Shown piece by piece: positions 50,603 through 62,978 of a stretch of DNA of 64,000 nucleotides. Each line of letters opens with the position of its first letter. The stretch's first letter is position 1. The notes beneath the pieces are model-generated. The model made no database searches. It was given only the letters and a program-made list of their open reading frames with translations, and was not told where the DNA came from. Source of the stretch: Bilabrum cf. latius (Eukaryota); the NCBI GenBank assembly GCA_965178125.1, contig OZ237762.1, positions 1 through 64,000 on the forward strand, read 5' to 3'. Made by a program: the position numbers and the translations under genes.

Positions 50603-50777
50603 CCGTCGCGGTGACTACGTATTTTTACTGCTACTCAAGCGCATGGGGTTAATGTTTCTGCTGCTGCCTTTGTGCACCACACACCGCACACGCCACGGAC
50701 AGACTTTAGCCACTCGTCACTGGCGGTGACGGTGCCCAGCGGACCTGCGGCCATCTCAAGGCGAGCAGGGTGACCAG

Positions 50778-52241
50778 ATGGCCTCGCTGTACATGCATTT
50801 TTCAGTTGTGTGCTGCGTGTATCTTTTCAGCATAGCGCATGCGCGAGATACTAAAGCCGGAGCTTCCACGTCGGTGACTAGAGATGTCTCGAGCAGTGCT
50901 GGATATGATGAAATATTCTACTGCAGACAGTGCGGCGCAATACTTTTTCGAGGTAAGAAGTATTTGCCCGGCTCAATGGAACACGCCGAGCTTATCGGGC
51001 GCATTGACGAGGAGCGGTTGGGGACAGCTGGCAGCCTCTTGGTTTTCGAGCAACAACCATCGCCAGCAAAGGGGCAGCACACCGTCGCCACGTTTCGAAG
51101 CGCGGAGCCGAATTCGATCGAAGTAGCAAATACTTTGTTCGGAAAGAACGAGGGCTCGTACTTTCCTGGGTACACGTGGCGGCCAGCTCGTTGCAGCAGC
51201 TGCAAAGCTCACATTGGCTGGGCATTCCAGGACAAAGACACGGATGAGATGTCCGGGAAGTAGCGATCAAGCGAGAAAGTGCACGCTAGCTATGAGATGC
51301 CAACCCAAGAGCCAACAGTAAAACGACAGAGGGGGAAGCAGCCCAGCACGAAGCGATCCAAGAAGCTGTCGTCTCGCTCGGTGCACTACTCAGCGGCGTA
51401 GGAACGCAAGGTGCTGCAAGTTCTGCAGGGTGTATGTCTGGTTCTTCCCTAGGGCTGGTGGACGTACGAGTTCTGCCACGAACAGGGCATCCAGCAATAC
51501 CACCGGCACCCGGACGGTGCCAAGGACCCCTTGTACAGCCTCGGGCACTGGGACGATGACGGCAGGGTGGAGCGAGCCCCCACTCCCCCGTCTTTGCACC
51601 GCAGGGGATACTACCACTCGCACTTCTTCAGGGGCGGCCAGCGCTGCGACGAGACGCGCAAGCCCAGGTCCACAGAGGTGCAGTTCCTGTGCTGCGGGGG
51701 CAGGCAGGGGGACCCGCCCAAGGTGCGGGGGATTGAGGAGACTAGCACGTGCAAGTACGTGCTGCAGGTGTGTGTCCCCGAGACCTGCGTCCCTCTGGAG
51801 GAGGGGGCCTCGCAGACCAGTGGCAGCAGCGGCCAAGCGGGCGGTGCATCCACCACCAGCAGCAAATCGAAAGGGAAGGGCACGGCCTCTGGTACTGCGC
51901 TGCAAGAAATGCAGCAAGTTGCTAGCACTGGGGGTGGTGCCAGGAGTAGCGTGGGTGCAGGCAGTTGGGAGTCGCTGGAGGATTTCATGGAGAGAAGAGG
52001 CGGCCAAGAATTGAAACTAGGGGGTACTGCTGGCGTAGAATAGGGAGAAAGCGAGGATAAATCCGGTGATTATGGTGCCCATGCCAAAGATTAGGCCCCG
52101 GAGCGATTTATTGGTGCGCTGTGGAGCAAGCTTCTCGTGGATGGGCGAGGCAGCAGGCTGGGGCCCTCGGAGGACATGGAGTGGGCGTCTCGCCCTAGCA
52201 GCGCTCTTCCAGCCCTCGGGCCACTAGTTCAAGACAATTAA
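50778..52241 (+). CDS. Secreted cereblon-like CULT-domain protein with an inserted MRH (OS-9/PRKCSH-type) lectin domain, 487 aa
   Basis: Signal peptide; CULT motifs FYCRQCG and SYFPGYTWRPARCSSCKAHIGWAF; MRH motifs GWWTYEFCH...QQYH, GQRCDETRKPRSTEVQFLC and EETSTCKYVL. One frame through TAGs, ending at TAA. Confidence 0.82.
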
Positions 52242-52562
52242 GTTGATATGGCCCAGGTTTTTGTTGCGAATGTTGGCGCTTCTTATGGGAAGAGCTGCTC
52301 GTGGGGAAGACGATCTTTTGATAAGGGTTCTCTGCTCAGCAACCCTAATTGGTACCTGCCCGATTCGTTCGGCACAAATGAGTGCGGACGAGGCCTGCGA
52401 GCATAACGCTTTTAACATGTAGCGATCCATTGCATCAACGCATCGACAACATGGGCAGGATCGGTGCTTCGTCACACTGCCACGCGATCTCTCGCCATTC
52501 CCCGCGTCGTCAGCATGTCGCCACTTGTTGTTCGCTATCAACGAGCGAGGGAAATCCCAACC

Positions 52563-54146
52563 ATGAAGAGTGTGATCATAGTTCTAGGTGCCTTGCTGCT
52601 TGCTCGCGGTGGCGTGGCTTCGTGCCCTTACTAGTACCCGTCAGCTGTTCCAGCGTGCGCGCCGACGTCCTACGAGTGTAACACTGAAAACGCTGCCACC
52701 AACAACGTTGAGTGCCAATCGCTCCACGACTACTGCAAGCCATTTAGGAACGGAGCAGATGAGGGTGTTTGCGTTGCTCACAAGACCCAAGGCTACGCCT
52801 TTCGGGCGCCTTGCATCACTTCGAACGCGTCAGCGGGTACAAGAGACGCTATCATTGCGAGCGGCGCGCGGCCAGTGCCTCTGAGCTACCTGGAATGCGA
52901 AAACACAGCACCTGGTCTGTCTTGCAACGGGAACATTGCAGCGAAAAGCACATCGAGCCAGCCATACCCACCCAGTGGAGTAGGAACTTGCGTTGCAGTA
53001 CTCTCGGGAGCTGGAGACGCCTGCACTTCAGACTTGGAATGCCCGGGCGATTCGAATTGTCAGAGCGATGGAACTTGCCAGCGCTTGAAGCAGGGAGATG
53101 CGTGCGATGCTGCGACCGAGTTCTTCGTTATCCCATAGTGCGGCAAGGGCCTCTTTTGCGACGTTACCCAGTCCACCTGCCAGCCAGCCAAGAGCCCCGG
53201 GGACCCTTGCAGCGGGTATGCGGGCGAGTGCGGCTTTGAGGGTCTCTGCGTGGACATGGGCAGCGGGGAGACGTGCGTGGCCTTCAACTCGCTGGTGAAC
53301 GGGGACAGGGACCCCTCGGTGGATCTTGCAGCCGTGGGCACGGGCCCCGGGGCCATCCTGCCCTCTGCGCTCTGCAGCAGCAAGTACGCAGTGGTGCCCC
53401 CGGGGGGTGCTTAGGACGGTACCCCCACGTGCACGGACCTGCCTTCTGGCATGGACGCCAAGCAGTACGAGAGCTGCGAGGGCAACGACATCGGGGACCA
53501 TGAGGACGGGCTCAGCTGCCAGTGCTTCCCGGACGGGAACAAGCACTGGTCCCCCATCACCGGCCCTGCGCTGCTCAAGGCCAAGCATGCGCTCATCGAC
53601 TGCCTGCGGACGACACCATGCCCCGGGGGTCCCCGCCTCATCCCCGCCACCCTTGACCTTGACCCCGCAGGGGGGGACGTGTCATCGCTGCTGCTGCCGG
53701 TCACTTCTTGCGAGTACTTCTCGTGCTACCCCCAGCTGCAGCAGGCCTCATGCGCCGCGTCCACTTTCGAGGCCAGCTACGCTTACTTCGCGGCGGAGTC
53801 CAACGCGATCAACATGTGCGCCTCGACCCGCATCAACGAGACCAAGAGCCACGTCTGCGACGGGGGCCTGCAGTGCCAGAACCTCCCCGGAGTGTCCGGG
53901 CTGCAGTGCCCTTCCTCGGGCAAGAAGGGGCTCGGCAAGGGCGCCAAGATCGGAATCGGGGCGACATTCGGACTTCTGGGGGCGGCCGGGCTTGCGGGTG
54001 GGCTGTGGTTCTTCCTTTTCCGCGGAGGATCCGGGATGGGCTCGTCCTACGCGAGCATGGCCGGCGGGGCATCCAGCGCAGGCTCGTCTGGCTCGGCGCC
54101 CACAGCAAGCAGCTTTGCCTCTGTGGGCAGCAGCAACCCGTTCTGA
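52563..54146 (+). CDS. Cysteine-rich type I membrane/surface protein, 527 aa
   Basis: Signal peptide MKSVIIVLGALLLARGGVA, GDAC/GDPC Cys-rich repeats and a C-terminal TM segment IGIGATFGLLGAAGLAGGLWFFLF; joined through TAGs. Confidence 0.8.
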
Positions 54147-54503
54147 GCCACTGAGGTTGCTGAGAGAACAATGGGCCGTCGCACCCAGCGGACACTCGAA
54201 GGACGCGGTGTCATCGACTGCGACGAGCTGCTCGTCGTGATGAAGGGGACCGGCGGGGGGCGAACACGCACTGGTCCGGGGCTGCATCTGACAGTCTCTG
54301 CACTGTTCGATTCAGCGCCCGGCAACCATGATTCTTGTCCGCTACTCCTACCTATTCGTTGTTTATCCTATTCGTTTGCATGGCCTGGAAAGCTAGCAGG
54401 GCGAGCTCGCGTATTCGAACGGCGCACATCGATGTGGTGGCAAATGCTTCCAATTCACACAATGGCATCGTCACGATTGACGGCGCGCAGCCCATCTATG
54501 CAT

Positions 54504-57500
54504 TTATCTTCCAGGCAGCAATACTACAACGTACACCCAAACGCTCACGACGGCACACGGGTAGGCGAATGCGCGCGCCGCGACGGCAAACTCGGCCCGC
54601 TCGTCATCCACCGTGTGCGCCTCGGTGGCACGCACCGCCTCCACCACGCTGGGCAGGTCAGAGAAGGTGAAGTTCAGAGGGAATCCAGAGACCCGCCGCC
54701 CCACCAGCCGGTGGTGCAGCTCGTCGAGGTGCTGCGCCGAGAGGTCTCTCCCCGCCCCCGCCCCCGCCGCGCTCCAGCCTTCGGCCAGCCCCATGCTGGC
54801 GCCAGTGGCAGCCGCGCGCGCCTCCAGCTCGTCCAGCCGCAGCCGCAGCGGCTCCACAAGGTCGTACCTGTGGTGCAGCCGCCTGTACCTGGGCCTCCTC
54901 CACCTCCGGAAGCACGCCACCAGCGTGTCCTCGAGGCTCTTGGCCAGCCGGGCCGACTCGTACGAGAGAGGAGGCGTGTACACGATCTCGGGCTGCACGC
55001 ACCGCACGTTCAGGGCAGCTTGCCCGGGCTTCACGAACGGTTGCCAGGCCGTGATGTCATCCAGCGCCCACGTCATGTCTCGGGGCGAGCCAGTCCGCTG
55101 CACGTTGGCGTACAGGTTGCTGCCGGTGGCCACCAGGCCCACGCTCACCAAAGGCAGCTGCGAATCCGATGCGTCGTACACGCGCCCAGTGGCCGCCTCG
55201 ATTAGCAGCACCTGCTCCGTTGTGCCACCCGACCCCGCCGACAGCTGCCTCTGCATCTGTCCCTGATCACTGGACTCCTGCCCGATGCCGCGCCCCCACA
55301 GCACCCAGCAAGTCTCGCCGTGCACCAGCGAGTTGCCGATCACCAGCCCCCCCCGCCAGCCCCTCAGGCGCTCCTCCGCCCCGATGGCAGTCAGCGCGCC
55401 AAGGGTCTGTGCGAGCCCCTTGGGACCCCCTCGCGCGGCCTGCAGCACCGCAGCCTCGTTGCTCTGCAGCCACAGGAGGTAGTTGAGCAGCAGCACTGAA
55501 TGCTCCTCCCAGTCGCCCGCGCCCATGCCCAGCGTCTGAGCAGATGTGCTCCAGATGTCAGTGGATCGCCCGAACGCGTCCCAGTCCGAGAGGAAGGGCA
55601 GCATGGACACGTACCTCAGACAGGCCTCGGGGCTCGCGAGCCGCCGGGTGTTGGGCGAGTTGTACTCATCGCGGAATAGGCGGCGCAGGCGGCCCGTCCC
55701 CGACATGGGGCCCTGCGCCGTTGTTCCCTGGGCGCTTCCCTCGATCTCCTTGACGTCGTCCGGGCTGAGGCCCAGCACGGCGTCGTCTTCTTCCTCCTCC
55801 TCGTCCTCGTCTTCCTCTTCATCGTCTTCGTCTTTCGCATCGGCCCCATCCTCATCGTCGTCCTCCTCATCCCCATAATCCAGTCCAACCCTTCCCCTTG
55901 ACCTTGCCTCTGCACCGTCTTCGCCGCGCCCATCTTCCTCCTCTTCATTCCCGCTAACTTTGCTCTCGCTCGCACCCGCCCCCGGCCCCTTCCCCCTGTC
56001 CCCTCCCTCCCCCACTCCGCCCCCGGCAGCTCCAGCCACCAGGGCCTCGTCCTCCCGGCCCTGCACGCCCGCGAGCGCCCGCCTCCGGGCTGCCTCGGCC
56101 CCCCGCCGCTCCTCCCTCCGCCTCCTCCTGGCGCGCTTCTTGGCCGGCCCCTCCGTCCCCGGGGCGGGGGGCGGCGCCTGTGGCCCTATGAACTCGCACA
56201 GCAGCCGGGGCCTCCTCAGCAGGTCCATGGCCACGGCGCTGAAGGGCCTGTCTGGGTGCGCCGTGGACAGGCCCTCGCTCCACGACTGGGCCGCCGCAAG
56301 CACGCGACCCCTCTCGGCGCGCTCGTCAGACACGGGATCTCTGCCCCCTTGCCCCGCGATGCGCACCGGCCCGGCTCCCCTCTCGCGCTCGATGGCGCGG
56401 GACACGTCCCCGCGGCCCCCGGACAAAGAGGCCCCCATGCCCGCCACCTGCAGCCCCTCCTCGCCCGCGCCCGCGTCACCGGCATCGTCCTGGTCGTCGG
56501 GTTGCGGCAGCGGAGGATCCACCTGCAGCCGGAGCAGCACGTGGGCAGCGGCCCCAGACGACTGCGCGCTCGTCAGCATCGTCCCGGCGAACTCGGCGCC
56601 CACCGCCCCCGCGCGATCGGCCGCAGCAGCGCCGCCGCCGTGCCCTGCGAACGCCGCCCCGTGCCCGTATCCGATCGCGTCCTGCTCCCCTCCGCGCCCT
56701 TGCCCACTGGCCATACCCGCGCCTCGAGGAGCATCGCCACCGCCTTGGCCCCGCCCACCGCCTCCCTGCTGCTGCTGCTGCCCTCTGTCCACCATGCCCG
56801 CCACGCCCGCCGCCGCCATCTCCTGCCTCTGGGCCTGGGACTGGTACCCGTGGCACAGCGGGGGCGCCTCGATGAGGAAGTCCCCCTGCAGGCCCTTGCT
56901 GCCCGCCTCGTACAGGGTGGAGAAGGGAACCTTCACCCGCCCGAGGAACCTCAGGTCGTGCCTCTCCTGCACCGTGCGCGCGGACCGGGGATCTGCCGCG
57001 CTCCTGAGGATGACCTCGTCGTGCAGCACGATCTCCAGGTGGTCCGACACACCGGCCAGCTGCGCCGGGCTGAGGCCTTCCCCCGCCTGGTTGAAGGGCA
57101 GCCGCAGCACCTCGTTCCACTGCGGCTCGCTTCCCGCGCGGGCGGTCCCACGCGCCACGTACTGCCTGAACCGCAGCGAGAACACAGGCAGCACGATGTT
57201 GCCCTCTCCCTCTGTCTGGCCCAGCGACAGCTGCGCCCCCGCCGAGCCCTGGCCCTGGTCCTGGTACGCCGAAGACCTCCGCCGGGCACTCGGACCCCCG
57301 GGACGAGGAGGCCTCGCGCCCAGGGGCCCTCCCACCCTCGCCGGGATGTTGCGGGCCCGCAGCACCTGCACCGTGAGGAAGTGCTGCGTGAAGGTGCCGC
57401 CCTGTCCACCGGGGGCCACGGGCTGGGCAGGCTTGAGAGTGGCCAGCCCCGATGCCTGTTGGGGCCGCAGGGGCCTCCTGGGTGCGAAGAGGGCGGCGAG

Positions 57501-60500
57501 GAAGCTCAGGTCCATGCCGCGGAGCACCGGCAGCGCGACGTCCTTCACCACGTCAGAGGTGCGCAGTCTCTTCCTCAGCGCGCCCCCGCCCCTGCTCAGG
57601 TCCATGATGCTCTCACCCACCGCGCGACCCTGCAGCCGCCGTCCCAGCCGCTCCAGGTACGCCCGCACCCGCTCCGCCACGCTCATGGTCAGCCGAGAGC
57701 CGGCTCCGGCCGCGAGGCCCAGCCCCGCCCCGTACCCGACTCCCCCGCGCAGCCCGTCCTGCCCCCCCCTGGGCCTGGCCTCCGCGAGCAGCGCCGCCAG
57801 CTTGGGGTCCTGGGCAACGTCCCGGTCCCGCAGCGGGATGGGCGCGTGGAACAGCTGCGGGCGGCGGGCGCGCAGCTGCAGCAGCAGGTGCCTCCTGCGG
57901 CCCAGCCCGCGCGCATACCGGCCAAGGATCCGCAGGAGTCGCTTGGCCGTCATGCCTCTGAGGTTGCGGCCCCCGGGCCCTCCCACGCCTGAGAGCAGAG
58001 CCGCCAGCGCGTGCGGGGGCACCCCGAAGAACTTGATTTTCCGGCTGAGCGAGTCCAGGCGAACCAGCCCCCCCGAGTCGGCGGAGGCATCCCCCCGGGC
58101 GCTCTGCAGCGCGATTGCTTCCGCCACGGGAGGGTCGTTCAAGTCCAACGTGGGCAGCCCGGCGGCAAGCAGGGCGGCGTGCGCCTCCCGACTGCCTAGG
58201 CGCTGGCCCGCCGGCCCAGAGGCCTCGCCCGCGGGCGGCAGGGCCTGTTCAAGGAGCTGCAGCTTGCGACGGGCCGCCCCTGCAGCGAGCCCGCCCCCTT
58301 CGAGAGACGCTGCGGGAGGCGCCAGTCGCCTGGGGCCGCCGCCTGCACCTGCACCTGCTTCCCCTCCCGCATCGCCAGCGCCCCCGTCCTGCAGCCAGGC
58401 GGCATGCTCTACCTCTGCCTCGTCCATCAGCTCCGTGCCCGCCTCTCTCACCACCTGGGTTACCACGGAGCCCTCGAATGGACCCCCCCGCGGGTACTGC
58501 GCCAGCACCAGCGCGCGGGCCGGCACAACCCCTGCCGTCCACCCCGCCCACACAGACACTGTGCCTCGGGCGCGCCGTTCCACCACGGCCCCGGGATCCA
58601 CGGGAGCTTGGATCCCCTGCCCCTGCCCCTGCCCCTGCTGCCCCCCAGCGAGCCCTTCCACTGCCGCCACAGCGGCGATGGGCGCCCTGGGCGGGGGCGC
58701 GATCCCGTCCACGAACTGCTGCCGGGCGAGCGGCCTGGACCCCCCGAAGGAGAAGGCGCCCTCCACCACGGGCAGGGCAGCGGCGGGGACCCCCTCCTCC
58801 GCCCCCGCACCGGGGACAGGCACCCTCACCCTCGCCACGGGCCTGTTCCAAAGAGTGCCAACCTCCACCACGCGCACCTCCAGCAAACCGGGGCGCCGCA
58901 CCAGCCGCAGCCCCACGCGGCCCCCGAACTCTGCCGTGAATGCGGGCCACTGCACGGGGGTTGGCTCGCTGCTCCACAGCTGCTGCCCGTTGGCCCACAC
59001 CGAGGCGCGCAGCCTGAGGGCTCGCACCCTCTGCCGCCGGGCCTCCTCCGTCATGGCCGGTGTGACGGCGCTGGCCCCGCTGCTAGTCGCGCTGCCACCG
59101 CTGGCTCCACCCCCATGCGGGGCGCCCCCCTCGTCCAGTCGGGGCAGCCACTCCACCCCATCCCCGTCCACGCCGCCCCGCAGCTCCCTCGGCAGCTGGT
59201 CCTAGCTCGCCGCCCAAAGCAAGCGCACCACTCGCAGCCCGCGCTGTGCCAGCCGGGCCGCCACGGGTTCCCCGCGATTGGCCCGCACCGCGTCCTGCAG
59301 CAGCTGCCACAGCACGCGCACCAAGCGTCGACCCGGCCTCCCAGGGGAGCCCAGCATGCCTTCGGACCCCACGGGGGTAGGCCCTCCCCGTGCGGTGTTC
59401 CCTGGCACCTCCCCTTCCCCTTCCCCTGCCTCCGGCCCATCCTCGCCACTGGACTCCCGGTGCACCCTCTGCAGCCGCAGGGACAGGGATGTCCTCGCGC
59501 CCTCGGGCCCGCCCCGCACCGCGCACAGGGCCCGCCACCTCGCGTACACTCTCGTGAGTGCCCGCGACCGGCCCAGCCACTCGCTCCACCTCTCGCTCGC
59601 AGCATCGATCGCATCGGTCGCCCGCCGCAGCACCGCCAGAGGCCCATCGCTCCTCCAGCACCACTCCTCATCGTCCGAGCTCGAGGCACCAGAAGTAGCC
59701 CTGCTACCACCATCCTCCCCACCATCCCGACCGACATCATCGCCCCCGCCACTCCCTCCGTCCCCTCCCACGACGGCCCCAGTGCCCTGCCTCGCCCCTC
59801 CCACCGGAGGGCCCTCCCACGCCTCGTCCTTGGCACACGGGGCGCCCACCACCTCCGGGACGAGCCCGATCAGCCGCTGCCCGGCCAGCTCCTGGGCAGA
59901 CCGCCGGAACCGGGCGGCCAGTGCTGCGTGTTCCCTGCGCACGGCCGCAGCCAGCCAGTCCTCCGCCGCGAAGAGCTCGTGGTCCTCGAAGCGCAGCTGC
60001 CCCACGCGCACCTCCAGCACGCTCGTGCGCGGGTTCAGACGCAACCCCAGCTCTCCCGGCTTGCACTCCACCGGGCGATACTGAGCGAGCCGGCGCTGGG
60101 CAGCGACGCGCCGCAGCAAGTCCGTGGCTGCACCGCCCGAACCGCCCCCAGTGCCTTGCAGCTGCACCCGCGCCGCCTCGGCGTTGTCGTCGGCCTGTTC
60201 CCCAGCACCCACCAGGCCCTGCCCGTCCACCACGGCCGCAGACTCGTCCAGCGCGGGGCCCCCGTACGGCCCCGCAGGGAACAGGCCCCACCCCGCCCCG
60301 GCCGCTGCCCCCACCTCCCTCGCCGCCGCACGGGGGTCAGAGGCTATCTGCGCCTCCTCCCCCGCAGCCGCTCCCGTGGCCCCCCGGCCGTGGTAGGCCA
60401 GCGCCCGCGCCACTGAACCGTCTACTGCGGCCTCGGAGGCTGGGTCGCCCCCGAGACCCACCCTGGGCCCGCCGTCGGCCCCCGCCCGCACGCCCCCCTC

Positions 60501-61784
60501 CACGTCGCCCCCGAAAGCCCCCGCCTGCCCGCCCTGCGCAGGTGCCCCGGGCACCCCCCCTGCCGCGGCCCCTTGCCTGGCCGAGGAACCGGGGCCCCTG
60601 TCCGCGTTCCTGCCCCCGGTGGCTCGCCAGGACCGGCGGGCCGCCTCCTCTGCCTCGGGTCCGTACAGGTGCCCGCGCATCAGCTGACGGGCGCGCCGCC
60701 GGGCCACCGCCCTGAGCGTGGCGGCCGGCACTGGGGGCGGGCTGGCGGCAAACACCCCGTCCTGCTTCCCCACGGAGCTGAGGGCGGGGGCAAGCCGCAG
60801 CCAGCCGTCCTAATCCTACTCCTAGTCCTACTACTGGTCCTCGGGGAACTCCCCGCTGCCCGGCTGAGCAGCGGCAGCAGCCGCCGCCCCCGGGAGCCCT
60901 GGCCCTCGCGGAGGCCCCACCGCAGGCCCCGCCTCGATCCCAGCCGCAGGCAGGGCGGGGTCCAGGCCATGCTCCGCCCTGAGCCCCGCCTCCAGAGCGC
61001 CTTCCAGTCGGCCCACACGCCAGCGCTCTGCCCTCAGTCGGCGCATGGAGGCGGCCGCGGGCCCCACCCCCAGCCGGCGGGCCTCCCTCTGTGCCGCCGA
61101 GCCCCCCGCCAGCACCAGCCCGCTGGCAGTGGCCAGGGGCAGCGACTCCTCCGTGGCATGCGAGGCCGCGGCCAGGACGGCCGTGGGAGTGGGCACCGGC
61201 CTTCGAACCGTGAGTCCGGCCGCTGCGTCGCTGGCGGCCTCAGCGAAAGCCATGGGCGGGACCGTGTCCATGTCCGGCTGCAGGGCCAGCTATCGGTCGT
61301 AATCAGGGATCGTGCCTACCGCACGAACCAGTCGCGCGGGTCCACGGAGCAGTTTGTCCTACTGTACCACGTATGGGATCCTCGGGTCGACCCTCGGCTC
61401 CTTGCGAGGCGCCTCGCCGGTCTCTGCGTCCACCTCCTGGACTGCGTGCGCGAGATTGCCGCCGTAGCCGTGGATCAGCTCTTCGTCCATGGCCTCTTGC
61501 TGCTTCTCCTCGGCAGCATCGTCTGCGCCCAGCGAGGTCTGTCGATCCCCTCCGGCAGGTGGGCGACCCAGCTGCCCGGTCGTGGCAGCACGTGAAGCCA
61601 CGGGCCGACGAACGCCGGGGGCGGACTGATCAGCAGTGCCAGAGCCTCCACGTCCTGCCGATCGAGTATCACGTGGTTTTGAAGCGAATGTGCGCGATCT
61701 TGCTGCGAGACGCTGGACAATAAAGGCGCACACGGCATCACCACGGTGGTGCGCAAACACAGTTGCTCGAACTCGGTTCGGCAT
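54504..61784 (-). CDS. CC2D2A: Ciliary transition-zone protein CC2D2A/MKS6, about 2400 aa; start approximate
   Basis: C2 domains (VQVLRARNIP, PQWNEVL, RFLGRVKVPFSTLY), GDWEEHSVLLLNY, LYANVQ and C-terminal GFPLNFTF...SVWVYV. Four ORFs in one frame separated by TAGs; ends at TAA 54504. Confidence 0.88.
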
Positions 61785-62058
61785 GGAGTATCCTGCAGTC
61801 AATCGTCGCGAAGAGATGTTTCACTCACATGATGCAGATCTTTTAGTATATCGCTTCAAAATGTCAGCTGTCTTCTTATCCATTTTTCGGAGCTGGATGC
61901 AGCCAAGCCGGCCTTCGGTTTTCTCGACCGTTTCGAACCAGCGAATATTCGTGAACTCTCGCGTTGCCTGATGATAATGAGTTGCAACCGGTCGTGTCTG
62001 ATCCGATCACATCCACCACGAACCTAAAAAGCATCTATTTGGAGGATATAGAGTAGAT

Positions 62059-62738
62059 ATGCCGCCCAAGTTCGACCCCGCTCAGGCCCAGTACCTTGTT
62101 ATGCGCGTGACTGGTGGCGAGGTGGCTGCCCCGTCCGCTCTTGCCCCCAAGCTTGGTCCCCTCGGTCTCGTGAGATGGTTGTATTGATTACTGGAGCTGT
62201 TCCCATCCCTGGAGTACCAGGGGCAACGTTGCAGCTAATTCATACTTATCAAATTTGCTTTGCGTCCAAGATCCATGCGGATATAGGAACGTGTTACGTC
62301 TACTTCAGCGAGACTTGATTTGTCGAACCGATCGATTCGTGTGCGCAGTCCCCCAAGAAGGTGGGTGATGACATCCAGAAGGGAACTATGGACTGGAAGG
62401 GTCTGCGAGTGACCGTCAAGCTGACGATCGTGAACAGGTAGGCCTCCGTGGAAATCCTGCCGTCAGCATCCTCCCTGCTGATCAAGGCTCTTAACGAGCC
62501 CGAGCGCGACCGGAAGAAGGGCCCCAAGGACATCAAGCACGATGGCAACCTTACCTTCGACCAGGTGCTGGACATTGCCCGAACCATGCGCCCCAGCTCT
62601 ATGGCTAGGGAGTTCAAGGGAACCGTCAAGGAGATCCTCGGAACGTGCAACTCTATCGGCTGCACCGTGGATGGCAAGCAGCCCAGGGACCTGCAGAAGG
62701 CCATCACCAAGAACGAGGTGGACGTGCCGGAGGCATGA
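62059..62738 (+). CDS. RPL12: 60S ribosomal protein L12 (uL11), intron 62170-62348
   Basis: MPPKFDP...[21 protein letters not shown]...[15 protein letters not shown](TAG)[17 protein letters not shown]...[10 protein letters not shown]. The TAG at 62439 falls at the conserved NRQA position. Confidence 0.97.
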
Positions 62739-62978
62739 ATGGGTTAGCACGCGGATATAGGATACAGCGAGGCATCGTATCGGCTGGACACAATCAGTCC
62801 TCCCCGGCGACTGCAGGTTCCATTATGTGAGCCACGGAGCCGGGGTATGTTTGTGGGTAGTCGAATAGAATAAATAGCGATTCTCGTTATAGTTTCAGTA
62901 TTGGCGACTCTTGGATTGGAGTCGAGTGCAGCTAGCACCGAACGATCACCAGCTGCGGCACACGCTAGGTTCAGGTTC

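Noticed and set aside
55960-60416. Long + strand ORFs (1081, 578 and 670 aa) and similar antisense ORFs elsewhere
   Set aside because: They are antisense shadows of GC-rich genes such as CC2D2A; the opposite strand carries the conserved motifs.
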